Shown here piece by piece: positions 1 through 13,520 of a stretch of DNA of 54,096 nt (position 1 is the first letter of the stretch; every line of letters starts with the position of its first letter). The DNA lies in NCBI GenBank assembly GCA_013265495.1, contig MU057801.1:992001-1046096 (forward strand), given 5' to 3'. This DNA comes from Vicugna vicugna. Lineage: Eukaryota. Position numbers and translations under genes: made by a program. The notes under the pieces were generated by a model. That model worked only from the letters and a program-made list of their open reading frames with translations, made no database searches and was not told where the DNA came from.

Positions 1-2429
1 TAAGAAAGGCCAGGGCGCGCTGAGACGCTTTCAAGGCGGGTTTCTTTCTGGCCGGAGTTATTAACTCTAATATGAAGTCTGAGTCTTTTCACCACTTAGG
101 CAGAGAATGAACAAACGTGGCTTTAAAAACCCTCCGCAGCCTTTTAGGTCTGCCCGCATGCACACATGTGACTGTTGGATCACCGTGGTCGCGGTCAAGG
201 TGAAGCCAAGCCCTCCCGTGGAAAGGCTTCCTCTCATGGGCTTCTCCCAAAGTCAGTGTTAACTGGAAAGGCAGCCCCTTTTTCTCCCTCTTCAAAGGGA
301 CCTTTATGTACTAACTCACTCCCACCTACTGTGCATGTAAATTATTCATCAGTGATACGGCCTCTATTTAGGACTTTGATCCTTTCCTTTTCCTGGATGC
401 CCCAAGGAGCCTGATAAGGCCCGCGAGTTATCGGAGAGCCTTTGATCGCCTCACAAATGATATTTTGTGGTGGAATATCTGGCCCCCCTCCAGAGCTGCA
501 GCACGGATGGGAAGGGGGCTGAGTTCGGGGATGCTCAGGGGTCCATCTCCTGGCATCAAACCGTTTTCAAGACACAATGGGATGGGGACCGAAGCGGGCA
601 CACTTCTCCCCTCCCCGGGGACTGTTCGCACACAACAATGAACGGCCCCCCAGACAGCCGTCCCAGCAGGCGGGGCAGCGTCACAGTGGTTCAGAGGTAC
701 AGTTCTCCAGAACTGGGTTCAGAGGACTCACACCGTCAAGGTCATGTGTCTGTGTATGGAGACTCAGAATCCTTCAAAGTCATTTGGGGGAGAAAATGAT
801 GGATGAATGAGGAACAGAGCCCTACCCCTCATATTATCTTCTCCTCTCACGAGGTAAAAATGAGCTTTTCCTTGTCAAATGGAGTGAAATGTAGGGCAGA
901 GAAAATGCTGAAAAGAAGAGGGAAAGGTCTGCATTTCTCACGGCCCTGAGCTGGTTCCTTCCTGCAGTTTGTCACTGAACTCTAAGTGACTGGCTCTGCG
1001 TCTCCTGCCTCCGTGTCTGGCATTGAAGCTTCAGGTGCTCCCAGTTTAGAGACCAAGGACATGGACTCCCTCTCATAATGGCGGTGTAAACCACTTTGCA
1101 TTAAGTAGGAATAATAACCTTTTTGAAAAGAGTGTGTCACAATAATTACGTTTCTTGTGGCTTTGCTTTCTTCCGCATCACATGAGCAAACACATCAGCC
1201 TCACCTGAATGGATGAGAGGAGGGCCTGTTTCCACTGAGGGCTGTTCTGAGATGTAAACACATCCAAGCAAGGAGTCCTTCCTCGTGTCATGGCGACCGG
1301 GGTTCTAGGCACGGAAACAGCTGATTCCACCCACTATGTGGGATCTGCTCGTGCCTCTTCTTTCTCAGTTGATTGGGAAGCCAGACGGGCAGGAGTATTT
1401 ACCCCACCCCTGTCCTGTCTGATGTCTGAGATGTTGTCCATATTTCCACTGTCCCTTCTATTCATTTCTTTGTCTTTTTATTCGACTGAAGGTGATGTCC
1501 AATGAAATGTTAATTCTTTAACTGGGGAGCTAAACTTTAAAAAGGGTTTTAGTACTAGCTCAATATAGGTTTCCTCATTCTGGGAAGAAGCCTTTTCCAA
1601 TGCATTTCAAATCCATTTTTAGAATTTCAAAGTAAAGCCTGGTAATGTTTTTCAATGATACATTCAAAATTCAACGATAACATCCCCAGTGTGGTCTGTT
1701 TTGAATCAGGTTACCTGGTCAGCTTAGTTTAAAATTGATCTCACAAGTGGTTTGAAGCGCATTTCGCCAAATGTTTATATCTAATGAGATATTTAGGGGA
1801 CAGATCATTTTTTATATCTTGAACGGCCTGATGTACAAATCAGCTCATCTCTAGAAAGCAGAGGAAGTCACTTTAATTTGGCGAAGTGGAACAGATTATT
1901 GGAATCTTTTCATGTTTTCTGATAGTATGTCAAAAAGAAATCGCCTCGATGTCCCAGGAAGCAAAAATCATGAACTAACATGCACATACACACTCCCCTA
2001 TTCCTCACTTTCTCCCCCTGCCCCACGTGGGAGGAAGGCGAGGTGTCTCCAGAATGTGCACAAAGCGAGCACACGCAGTGCACTTGTGATGCGGCAGTGG
2101 CTGCCATCCCTCCTGTCCCCATCTGCCCTGTGGTCCCTGACTGTGGGAAGGTTGGGTCTGATGGTGGGTACGTCCACCCAGATGTGCCCTGTGCCCAGGC
2201 CCCAGCCCCACGTCAGGCCGCTGCCATCACACATGGTCAGAGCCCGTGTTTCCCAGTTTGCTTGGAAGCGCTGCCTGATGGGATTGGTCAAAGAAGACCT
2301 TGATCCCTAAAGAGCTAAGTGTTTGCTTGGGACGTTTGAATGATACACTGGGGAAGGGGGCCCCGAATGAGAGAAATACCTTGGTCCACAGTCCCCATCC
2401 TCCTCCCAATCTCAAAAAATGCCTCCAAG

Positions 2430-3150
2430 AGCGTTTCCCAGGGCGACCACGTCCGAGTTCCCCTGCTGTTTGCCTCATAGTAGCTGTGGGGACTGGGGGG
2501 CGGGGGGGCGGGCAGAGGAGCCTGGCGGCTGCGGTCTGGCGAGGCAGCTGCGGGGGGCGGGCCTCCGGACCCCCGCCCTGGGCTCGCAGACCCCGCGGGG
2601 CCGCCTTGGAGGCACAGCCGCCCCCGCGCGGGCGCGCGCAGCGGGCAGAGCTTTGTCCTCGGGCCTCCCGGGAGGAGGCTGCAAACCTTCAGATCCCCGC
2701 GCAGACCCGCCGGCTTCCCTCTGCCGGCAAACTTCCCCTAATTAAGCCAGTCCATCTAATTACGGGGCGTTCCGTCAAATATTTCTCCAGATGCTTCCGA
2801 GGCAGCCTGTGGGCGCTGGTCAAAGCTGGCGAGGCTTCTGATCAGGGATGCCGGCCCCGCGGCGCGGGCGCGCGCTCCTCGCTCCCCCGCACGCGCCCTC
2901 GCTCGCGCGCTGTGCGCCTGGCCGAGGCTCGGGGCGTAATTACCGAAGTTAAGAAAACATCCCTGTAATTAGCCAGGCAGCTCTAAGCACGAGACGTGGA
3001 AATTAGTCACAGCATCACAAATTAGTGTGCGCATACATTACATTCCAGGATGGTCCCCGGGGCCCGGCGTCCGCTGCGTTTGGCCAGCAACGCCCTGTGT
3101 CTCCGTAAAGCGTTCCTCCTCCAGCGAGCTCGGCGCAGGAAAGCGAGTTC
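2430..3150. promoter_or_regulatory. CpG island with embedded homeodomain-motif cluster (putative enhancer or orphan CGI)
   Basis: Very GC- and CpG-rich tract (cgcgcgggcgcgcgc etc.) interrupted by AT-rich patches with TAATTA at 2739, 2757, 2937 and 2966. No recognisable coding exon. Confidence 0.8.
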
Positions 3151-4928
3151 TGCTTGAATTACATTCAAAAAACAATTTTTTTTTCTGTAGACGGTAACTA
3201 GAATAAAGTCAGTTTCCGGGCTGGGGAAAGGGACACTGGGAAACAGTGATTTTGCTGTGGATTTTCTTTTCCTTTGTGGGCGTGCATGCACCTGGGGCCG
3301 TCAAGATGTCTCCATCTTGATGGCGACTCATCGTCTTGTTTCACTCATTAGCAGCAGGAGTTAACAAACTCTTCAAATAACCCTGATTTTGAACTGTTTT
3401 CGCACACACTCCTCTCCTAGCAAGAGCCAGGAAATTGGACCCAGGCACACACACAACAGGCATTTGCATCAAAATAATGCAGCGGGCGGAAGCAAGCCAC
3501 AATCCCATCACTCAGAAGGAAGGAATAGAATACAAATTAAAGGAAGAATGTAAATTTTTTGCCATTAAGCTTCAATGACCATTTGAAATGGTGCAAGGCA
3601 CAAAGGGTCCTGATGCGCATCATCTAGTTTGATTATTCATACTTGTGTTTCTGCTTGAATTAAAGCAGGAGTGCGAGAGCCTGTTACGGGGAAAATATTT
3701 GAATTGATAGTGAACTCTCACCTTGCGGTGCAGCCATTTACTTTTCAAATGAATACCAGATAAGTTAGTGCATTTTCTAATCGGCCTGTTTTCCAGTGAG
3801 TGCTGTCATTACAGACCAATTTCTTTCAGAAGTGCTTGCGAAGAAACATTAACTACTTACAAATAAGGAGCTGTCTGTCACGGGCTGCAGTCTTCGGCTC
3901 GCGGCTGAGGGCGACTCCCCCGCCCATCATGACTTCAGCCTTTTCCCTCCTTCTAAGTGAGCCCTTTAAGGTAGAGAGGGCTCCCATCTCCTGACATGTT
4001 TCCAGAGCCAGGTGGTGTCCTGCCCCCATGGAATAGCTGTGTCACGGAGCACAGGTGGCCTGGGTCCACCCGGCCCCAGGATCCTCACTGCAGAGGCTGG
4101 GCCCCCAGCGTCGGTCCTGACCCCGGCTTCACATTCAAAGCCATACCTTCAGGGGATCATCCCTTTCCGGCCACAGGCTCCACCGCTGGCAGGTGACTCG
4201 GTTCAACACAGAAACAAAATAGAGAAAGGTAGTAGATTCTGAGGGTTTGGAGGTGGAGGGGGGAGTGTCTCATTTAGAAACTATCTGCTCCAGTTTGGGA
4301 CAAGGACAAGTAGGCAGATACTGTTCCTCCTAGTGTGAGGAGGGCACCGGAACATTGCGACGCCTCAGGGAAAGACTTGAAAAATATTTGTGCTTAATCA
4401 GGGAGAAAGGAAAGAAGGCTGTTATCACTCGGGGTCTGCATTTGGCATCATAAAGAGCTCTTGGGGGTTACTTTTCTGTTGAATGTGGCTGGCTACGTGT
4501 TTGTTGAAACGTGTAGGTTGATTTTTGATCAAAAAAATATTATGAGTAATCACGGGAAAGTGTAGGGGGCACCCAGGTGAGAAGCCAGGCTTCCAGACTC
4601 CAGGTGGCCTTGCTTCCAGACCGCTTTGTTTTGCAGATTGTGGTTCATTCATCAACAGGAGAAGCCCATGGATTTGCCACAAGTGGCGAGCAAAGCAGGT
4701 GGACTGTGAGCACGTCACATGTCCCAGCCGAGGGAGAGAGAGAGGGGCTGCAAGGCCAAGGACCTCCTGAGTGGAGAGATGGAGGGCCTGCTGCCCGGTG
4801 AGAAAAGGTCCTTATCAGGTTGGGATCCAAATGCTACTTTTATTTTTAAATATAAATAAATAAATTCCCCAAATCATCTAATCCCATAACTGAATTAGTC
4901 AAAAGGAAGTGTGGGACACACAGGAGTA

Positions 4929-5183
4929 ATTTTTTTTAATTTGAAGTCTAGTCAGTTTACAATGTTAGTTTCAGGTGTACAGCAAAGCAACTCTGTTATA
5001 CATGCATATACATATTTTTTTCAGATTCTATTCCATTATGACTCATTACAAGATATTGAATCTAGTTCCCTGTGTTATACAGTAGGTCCTTGTTGTTTAT
5101 CTGTTTTATATATAGCAGTGTGTATCTGTTAATCCCAAACTCCTAATTTATCCCTGCTCCCCTTCCCTCTAGTAACCACAGTT
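4929..5183 (-). mobile_element. 5'-truncated LINE-1 3' UTR (artiodactyl/camelid type)
   Basis: T-rich left end, L1 3'UTR text (ttccctgtgttatacagtaggtccttgttgtttatc). TSD cacacaggagta (4917-4928) / cacacaggaata (5184-5195). Confidence 0.9.
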
Positions 5184-7454
5184 CACACAGGAATACTGAA
5201 AAAGGTTTTCCACAGTCTTAGCTAATTGTTATCCTCTTAAGAAACGTATAAACACAGATGTATCTAGAGAGGCTATAATGTCCAAAGCCATTTTTAAAAA
5301 TCTGCCTTTTTAGCATATATATTGCTCTGCATTTAGTGCTCAGAATCCTGACAATCAATTTTTGGATTTACAATTTTTAAATAACATGGAAGCTTTGGGG
5401 TTTCAAATAAATAATTTTATATAAAGAGATGTAGGCATTTCTGTTCCTTCTATTTATTTTAAAAGTTGGTAAGTTTTCTGTGTAATTATATGTAAGTATA
5501 AACACCCACAAAATATGACCGGGCAGGTAGCAAGTGGCCACGAAGTCTTCCCCTCCGTGCACCCACACCTGGCCTCTGCTAGTGCTCTCCGCACCTGACT
5601 CTGAGATTGTCCATTGCTTTGATTGACTGCTTTGGCCAGTGAACATCAATAAATGTGACATACTCAGAAACCTGAGCAGTGTTCAGCCCTCACCCTCCTG
5701 CTGCGCCTGGACTCCAGGTGAACAAGCCTGAGCTATTCTGCTGGAAGATGAGACACACACCAAGAAGACCCAGCACCTGCCAGCCATCAGACTTGAGTGA
5801 GGTCATTGTGCATCATCCAGCTGCCAGACAGGCACGTGCAAGAGTCCAACAGAGGTCAGCCAAGCCAGGCCAGCCCACAGGAGCCACCCACCGAGCTGCA
5901 GAGTCACCACCTCGGCACGGTACTCAGCGGGCTGTCTGTGCAGAGCATGTGACCGACGCCCATTTTTGTGAAAACTCTCTTTTGTTATTGAACCATCAAA
6001 AGTGCGCACTGTGCCACTTTTTGGTGGCATATTTTTGACTCTTTCGGTGTTCCTGATTGTCACCAATTACACCAGATCATCTGACAAAGCTGGCCCCTAA
6101 CCGCATAGGCAATTGTATTAGAAATGACACTTGTCAATATTTTGAAGATTGAACGAAAGTGTGTGGGGACAGCAGACGCTGTCAGTGCTCTGCCCGTGTC
6201 CCCACAACTCCCTGCCATGTTTCTGTAGCCACCCCCGGCCCCACCCCCTGCAGCTGAGCCCCTGGAGGACTGAGCCCAAGTCAGCCTCCGTGAGGTTCTG
6301 CTGGATCCCAAGTCCTTGCTGAGCCGTGCTGGGCCGACTTCCTCACTCCCATACTGAATTTGCCTGGAGTCACTTCTGCATGAGTCTCTCACATTTAGTT
6401 TCAGGGGCTGCTGCCGGAAAACCAGTCAGTCTCAGCGGCTTTCTCCTCCAGGCCAAAGTGGTCCCCCTCCCGTCTCTGCGAGAGGCTTTTAGCTCCCTCC
6501 GTGTGGAGGGCGTCCTCTGCTTGGACGAGATGTTCTGGCCCGTGGCCTCCTGCCTGCTCATGTCCAGTCCCGGTACATTACTAGCCAACAGGTCGCCGCA
6601 GGTCTGTGTGAAAGAACTGACAGCTCTCTCGCTCCTTTCCCCTGTACCCATCCTTCCTTCTGCAAGCAAATTCTCCTCTTTAGGTGAAACCTCTCCTCCC
6701 CCGCCCCAGCATGGAGCTCTCGTGGACTGACAGCGTAGCCACCCCACCCCAGCCGCGGATGACTGACCCATCCCCGGGCAAGTGACCCATCAGACCAGTT
6801 GGAATCCTATCCTGGAATTTTTCGAACTGGAGTGAAGAAAGATGGGCGGTTAGACCAGGAACCTCTCAGCACCTGTGATTCCTTCCCCTTTGACATTCAG
6901 AGAGAAGGGAGACCGCTGGTCACGGGGCATCCGCGGTTGGTTCTTGCCTTGCTCTACATCCTTATTGCCAGCTGTCCACCCACAGAGAACCTTATGCTCC
7001 CCTCTCCCCCAGAACCCCCAAACGCTGTCATCTCTAGAACCCTCTCCTCACGTCTTCCCTGTAGACGTTGAATGTAACATTCTTTAAGTTACAGAAACTC
7101 ACTTTTTTGGATCCAGTGATCCCTTTTTGGTAACCCAAGGACATACCATACAACAAGCCGTGATCCTGGGCATTGGGACAAGTCCTCAGGGGCGGGGGCC
7201 ACTCCTGGCCTGAGTGTTCTCCCAGGAAAGTGTCTGCTGTGAGCACCTGCCTTTTTCCAGCCTCTGGACTTCCCCCGATGAAACCCCTCTTACCTTTCCA
7301 AGCCCCACTGAACTGCCACCTCCTTGAAGCCTGCCCTTGTCCTTAACCTGATGCGACCTCTCCCTTCTCAGCCACCAGTGCATTTACCTCATGTGTGTCC
7401 AGCAGTCCCATCCCTTCCATATCCTGCCTAGCGATCTGCGGACCTGTATCTCCA

Positions 7455-7620
7455 CACCCCAGCTCTGCCACCTGCGGACTCTGTGCCTTTGAGCAAGCTC
7501 TCATTTTCCCCACCTCAGAAATGAGAGCAGGAACAGTGCCTACCTCAGAGACTTGCTGTGAGAATCAACTGAATTAAAATATACAGAGTATAAATGCTTG
7601 CTCATCGTTGCGTATAATGA
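7455..7620 (+). mobile_element. MIR SINE fragment
   Basis: cccagctctgccac...gagcaag...aacagtgcctacctcagagacttgctgtgagaatcaactga resembles the MIR core. Confidence 0.7.
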
Positions 7621-10024
7621 TGGTGATGAATTTTCTATCCTGATTTACGAGCCCCAACCATCAGGGCCATTAATCTCAGTTTTTAATCTGAGTATCACAT
7701 GATACCTTATGCCACGGGGTAAACCCTCAGAAAAGCAAACAAATAATAAATTAAATTGCATTTACTGCCACGGCCGTTCCAGTTACAGTGATGTGTCGGA
7801 AGGCGGGGGTGTTCTCCCTCAGACAGAGGGAGACGGACCCCCACCTGCACCCCACGCCAGTTTGGTGTGCAGCCAAGGCTTTCTCCCAATTAAGTCTTCC
7901 TCCCGAGTCACAGTCTATTTCATGAACTGTTTGGCACATTAGCTCAGTTCTAAGGATACTGCATTAGACTCTTCTAGCAAATGGGTTCACGCTAGTATGT
8001 GAGTCTCTTTGTGACTCAGAATTTTTTAATAAGGACCCAAAGCTGCCAATCAGACCTTTCAGACACAGAAGAACCCACATTCTACATCTTCTCAGAGATG
8101 ATGTTTTAAAAGTGCCACCGGCTAGCCTCTTCCTCCTCTAATTGGGCAGATTTCAGCGTGGGCGAAGATGTCTTTTCTTGCCATTCAGCCGCTTCCCTGG
8201 CTTTCCCCATGGCGATGTCTCTCTGCCTTTGAATACTTTTCCCCTTTCATCCTTTCAACACGGGCCCAGAAGTTACGGCGCAAAGTTGCGCCAGCGCCGT
8301 GGGGAGCGTGAAGCCAGGAGGATGCTGGGTCTCCCAGTGCAGGGATTTCCAGGATTGTCCCACTGACCAACTCGGGCAGAAACTGTCCTGTCAGAGCTGG
8401 GAAGTTTATGACAGTGTCGTACCTGCCGTGCGGTGGACAATCGTTAGTCACCAGAGCAGACACTCGAGCTTGCCTTTTCAAAGGTGGGAAACTACCCGCC
8501 TCCTGAGCCTTCTGGGGTCCCCACAAGTCTTGAGTGGCCTGGCAGGGGCTTCGGAGACCGCCAGGCAGCTCTGCAGAGCAGCCTCCAGTCCCACGGAGGG
8601 GCTGCTGCCTTCCTCACAAAGGCAGAGTGTTTGTTATAATTCAGTGGAAATCCTGGGGTTCAAATAGAGATGCACACCCGAGCAGCTCAAAGCTGGTTTT
8701 CTTGTGATTTCAGGGCAGATGCAGGGAGCAACGTGTGTGGACACTCCAGTGTTTACACTTACAGTGCTGGTGTTTGGGAGAAAAGCAACACCCACTGCTT
8801 CTGGGCCAGTTCACCTAAGTCTGTTAAATCAGCTGGGGAAGAAAGTACCTTTTCTGGAAAGTAGAGCTTCTGCCCAGCACAAAATGAATGGTGGGCCTCA
8901 GAAGAGTGAGTCCGTGATTAAAATTACTAGATCGGAAAACCCTCACTCAATTATTTGTCCTCTTTAAATCCTGATTATCTTTTTAATTTGCAAAGACAGA
9001 TTTTTTTTTTTTAGAGTTAGTTAAGTGTGCCAGCTGCCCAAGTCTGTGTTGCGAACATTGGAAGGGTATTTAATGATGTTAAGCTTAAGTTTCACCTTCA
9101 AAACAAGAAAAAAAATACACCAGGGAGTAGGGTGGGCGTGTAACTTGGGTTCAAGAAAGGTTAATGAGAAAGCTGCGAAATCCTACATCACAGCCAGAAG
9201 CTCCGTAAAGAGCTCTGTCCTCTCCCCCCACCACCATTTCCAGTTTAATCTTCGGTGGGGGGAGGGAAAGGGGCGATGTTGAAAAGTAACTCATTAAGCT
9301 CTCCAGAACGCCACGTGCAAATTAAATGTGCTTGTTTTCCAAAACCGGCTTTGTTTCCTGCCTTCCACACAGCCATCTCTCCATCATGACATTTCCTCTG
9401 CCACCGAGTTTCAGAGTTCTAACTTGGGGTGGCGAGAGTAAACCCCTGTGAGCTGGACCCTGCATTTCTCCACCCCAGGACCCACGTGTTTGGATTAACG
9501 GAGACATATGGCTTGATCCTACTGAGGGGGCCTCTGGGGTCAGCCCTGGAGGCCAGACCGGCTCCCCTCCCTGGTGGTCCCTGTTGTGCCGTCTCCGGGC
9601 CCAGGGAGATTACCAAGCCCTGACTCTCGGGCGCTTGTGCATCTGACCGTGTGCGGCAGCCTGTCGGGCACGGCGGGCTGACGGAGCAGTCAAACCCCCC
9701 CAGGGAGAAAGGCCGGCCGCCTCCGTAGGAGCCCGAGGCCAGCCAGCCCCACAGCTTCCTGTTGATTTTCTGGACCAAGAGCCCCCAGCCACACCCCCAA
9801 GAGGACAGGCTTCAGTTCCCCGCTGGGGAGACAAATGGACCACTGAGGCCTGGACGCAGGCAGGGCAAGGCGTCTCTCTCTTATTCTTTCTCGTGGCCGC
9901 TGCTTTCGGCAATCTGGGATTTCTCCAAGGAATACGGGGGCCCTGGGCAAATCACCCTAGACTTCGCTTTGCTTCCTTAAGAGGGCGAAACTCCTCTTGT
10001 GCACAAGAGGCTTCGTGGTTACAA

Positions 10025-10190
10025 GACACATTCACACCCACGAACAGACTGGCGCCGTATGGCTGTTGCCCGCTTCTCTATGTTACCGATGAGGGAATGG
10101 GAACTCAGAGAGTCCACGCGATTTGTCAAAATCCCACAGCTTCTAAGGGTGGAACTGGATCTGGTCCTCAGATGTGCCAGTCCAGCCTTC
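10025..10190 (-). mobile_element. MIR SINE fragment
   Basis: gatgagggaatgggaactcagagag...gatttgtcaaaatcccacagcttctaagggtggaactgga is a degenerate reverse MIR core. Confidence 0.55.
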
Positions 10191-11949
10191 CTCCTACTCC
10201 TCTTGGCTCCATCCTCTTCCAAGGCTTAAAAAAAAGACGGCATGCATCCTGCCCAGGGAAGAGACTTGAGCAGCCAACCCCACCCAGTGCTGCCCCCACC
10301 CCCCAGCAGGGCACAACCTCTCATCGTGTGTCAGTGCCCCCCTGAGGTCCCGGCCCATCCAGCACAGGGTGGCTTCTCTCCTGGGAGCCCCCACGGGAGT
10401 CCCCTGAGCCTGCTTGCAACAACAAACACTGAGGAGGGGGGATGGGATGGAAGAGGCAATTGGCTTTTCCAAACCCAAGAGCATTAGAATAACAGGAAAA
10501 TAACTTCTGCTTCCCTGCATGATGGGGGACCAAGTTCCAGACTAACCTCCCCTATAAACCACGATGGAACTGGAAAAACTGTTCTCAGACAGTGGAAGGC
10601 AGCCTAAGATGGTGGCCCTGGAGGAAAAGGAAACACACAAGGCAAGACCCGTGGTGGCCCTGGCTGTCTACCGGGGGCACTTTCCAGACCACACTGCAGA
10701 GAACTGGAGACCAAGCGGCCTGTGGTGACCTCCTTGATCCTCACCTGTCCCAGAGATGATGATGCATTCATTCCTGGGGGCAGCTTGACTCCGACGTGAG
10801 GGGCCCCATCCTCTGCTGCTCTCCATTTTTCAAGGGCAAGATCAGCTGCTGTTGATGCCGCTAAAATCTGAAGCCAGCACGGATAGGACCTGCCATCCTG
10901 GCTCCGTGGGGATGGTCAGGGATCAAATGACACTGCAGCTGAGAAAGTCCACAGCATCACTAACTAGAGACGAGACACTGTGATCCCAGCCTCCTTCACG
11001 GCACCGACCCAGCTTCCAAACCCGCAGGCAATCCCCACACCTCATGCTGGCTGTTGGGCTCCATCTTCTCCTCCAGACGTTTCTCCAGCGCCACCAACGG
11101 GAACATGATCTGATGAGCGTTTTCACCTCCTTTCAGGCCCCACTCAGGAATACAGTGATGCTGGCCACTGCCCAGTATGTGCCACCGCCTGAGCTGCAGC
11201 CCTCTCACCTGTGCAGGATAAAGGTCCCCTCGTGCAGGCTACAGAGCGGGGAGCAGGGGGTCAGATGCACACGGCCACAAGGAACCCTGGATTGAAATCA
11301 ACATTTGTTCCCCCAGAGGCTTTGGGCCAAGACGCTATGCAATGCTACCAGATAGCTGGAAGAGGGAAGGCAGAGTAGAGCTTGGGCCGTCCAGGCAAGC
11401 GCAGCCCTGCCCTGTGTCCCCCCGGATGGCCCAGCTGAGACAACAGGCAAGAGGTCAACTTGCTAAGGCTGAAACCTCTCTATGTCATTTCTCCTGTGAA
11501 ATGTCACTAAGGAGCAACAGCTGGGTCCTCGTGAAATACGAAAGTCAGTGAGAAATACCCTTAAGTTTGCTTTGTGTCTTTTCTTTATAAAGATGTGGGA
11601 TGGGGAAGAGAATGTTTTAGAATAACTAGAAACTGAACAATAAATAGAAGGAGTGACATATGCCGGAGATAACCAAGAAGGTAAAAACATCTGCTCAGGT
11701 TTGCCCGTAAAGGAAAGAAATCACATTGCTAACAAAATTAGTGCATGACCAAGCATGCCTTCAAACAACAACTTCTTTTCACGTCGGCATCTATCCATTA
11801 AATTCCTTTGAAAACTGCAGGCAGTTTCCTGCTTTGGTATACTTGGCATTGCCGTGGAATAAAACAGGGAGATGTTTGACTTAGGCAGAAAGTCCAGGTC
11901 TGCTTGCACAATCCGGGGGGCAGTTTTGAAGTAGGAAGGAAAATAACCT

Positions 11950-12130
11950 GGGTCAGGCGCTGTACCAGGAACGTCCACATGGGCGATAGAATCAAATCCT
12001 CACAGCAGCTCCGTAAGGCAAATGTAGTTGTTCCCAGTTCAGAGATAATGAAACTGAGCCTTAGAAAACTTAGATAAGGAATTGGGATCCACATCTATGT
12101 GATTCCAAGACCTCATTCCTATGCCAGCAC
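11950..12130 (-). mobile_element. MIR SINE fragment
   Basis: aatcctcacagcagctccgtaagg...gataatgaaactgagccttagaa is a reverse MIR core. Confidence 0.6.
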
Positions 12131-12209
12131 CTTGGATTAAATAACCATGTGATCCAGCAGGTAGGTATTTTCAGGTGCCATCAATGAATTTCTCAAGAAA
12201 TCCATTGTA

Positions 12210-12552
12210 AGGTTAGTGGTTGCCAAAGGCAGGGTGTGGGAGGTGGGAGAAGGTGGCAGATTGTGCTCAAAAGGCACAAACTTCCAGTTATAAGGTAAAC
12301 AAGTCCTGTGAGTGTAATGTACATGAGGACTAGTTCACGGTGCTGCGCTGCGTATTTGAAAGCTGCTGCGAGAGTCGCTCTCAAAAGTTCTCATCTCAAG
12401 AAAAACTTTCTGCAGTCACCTGAGGTGGTGGGTGTTAACCTATTGTGTACCTTTTGCAACATATACTTGCATCAAATCGTTATGTTGTGCATCTTAAACT
12501 GATACAACGCTATTCTCAAATACACCTCAATAAAACAGGGTTAAAGAAAGGA
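12210..12552 (+). mobile_element. LINE-1 3' end (L1MA9-like, older)
   Basis: gtggttgccaaagg...acaaacttccagttataag...aaagttctcatc...cctcaataaa. Degenerate TSD aagaaatccattgta (12195-12209) / aagaaattcatcata (12553-12567). Confidence 0.85.
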
Positions 12553-13099
12553 AAGAAATTCATCATATCCATCATCTCCTAATGGATACAAGCGTGCTCA
12601 CGGCTGTGAGTTAACTAGCATGCAGGCAACTGAAGGATAAAACGGAACAAAACAAAAACCAGTAAAAATCATTTTAAACATCCTGGGCTTTTGAAGTTCA
12701 AGATGGTGAACTGAGCACCTACTTTTTGCCTCCACACCCTTCTGAGATCCTGTCCAAGTTGCAATAATGGACTTAAAAAGGTGAAACCCAAGAACAGCGA
12801 AACGAATGGGACAAAGGACGTGTCCACAGCTAGTGAGATTTCAGCACATTTCCAGAAGGCTGGAAACGGTGGGAGAGGGTCAGGGGAGGAAAGGAAGCAG
12901 GCAAAACCTTGCAGGTGGGGCTGAGCGGGGGGTCCTCACTCGCTGGCAGACGAGGCTGGGGCAGGAGGAGGCAGGCGCGGCAGGGCAGCGCTGAGAAGTG
13001 GGCTGAGCACCGGAGGACGGAAGCAGTGGTTCTCAACCCGGGCTCCACGTGGGATCAGTAGCGTCTGCCACACGGTAATGCTTAATGAGCAACTGTTGA

Positions 13100-13520
13100 G
13101 TGAACGGATCTCCAGGGTGGGTTGGCAAACTGCAGCCCCAGAGGAGCCAATGGTTCAGTTCCAGTCTGAGTCCACAGGCCTGAGAACCAGGAGACCCAAT
13201 GGTGTGGTTCCAGCCCAAAGGCCAGCAGTCTCGAGACTCTGGAAAGCCAGCGTTTTCAGCTCTAGGCCGAAGGCAGGAAAGCGCTGATGTCCCAGTTGGG
13301 CAGGAAGAATTCTCTCTTCCTCAGAGGAGGGTTTCGGTTCTCTTCAAGCCTTCCACGGATGGGATGCAGCCCCCCTCAATTCAGGGAGGGCAACCCACTC
13401 TACTCAGTCTACTGTCTTACATGTTAATCTCTTCGAAAAAACACTCACAGAAACACTTAGAAAAAATGTTGACCAAATACCCTGTGCCTGGTCAGGCTAG
13501 CACATCAGACTGACAGCCAC
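13100..13520 (-). mobile_element. ERVL LTR, MLT2B-like (partial)
   Basis: ttccagtctgagtccacaggcctgagaaccaggag...tactcagtctactg...atgttaatctcttc...cactcacagaaacac is typical of reverse MLT2. Confidence 0.8.

Noticed and set aside
2300..2968. 222-aa ORF across the first CpG island
   Set aside because: Non-ATG start, Arg/Gly/Pro/Ala-rich with no recognisable domain; long ORFs are expected in stop-poor GC-rich DNA.
10500..10730. Possible old L1 5' UTR fragment (also ~12680-13020)
   Set aside because: Resemblance too weak to call without a consensus alignment.
10923..11126. Peptide CGDCLRVWKLG reminiscent of a WD40 repeat (possible processed pseudogene)
   Set aside because: Only a short resemblance, with no surrounding similarity, poly-A or TSD.
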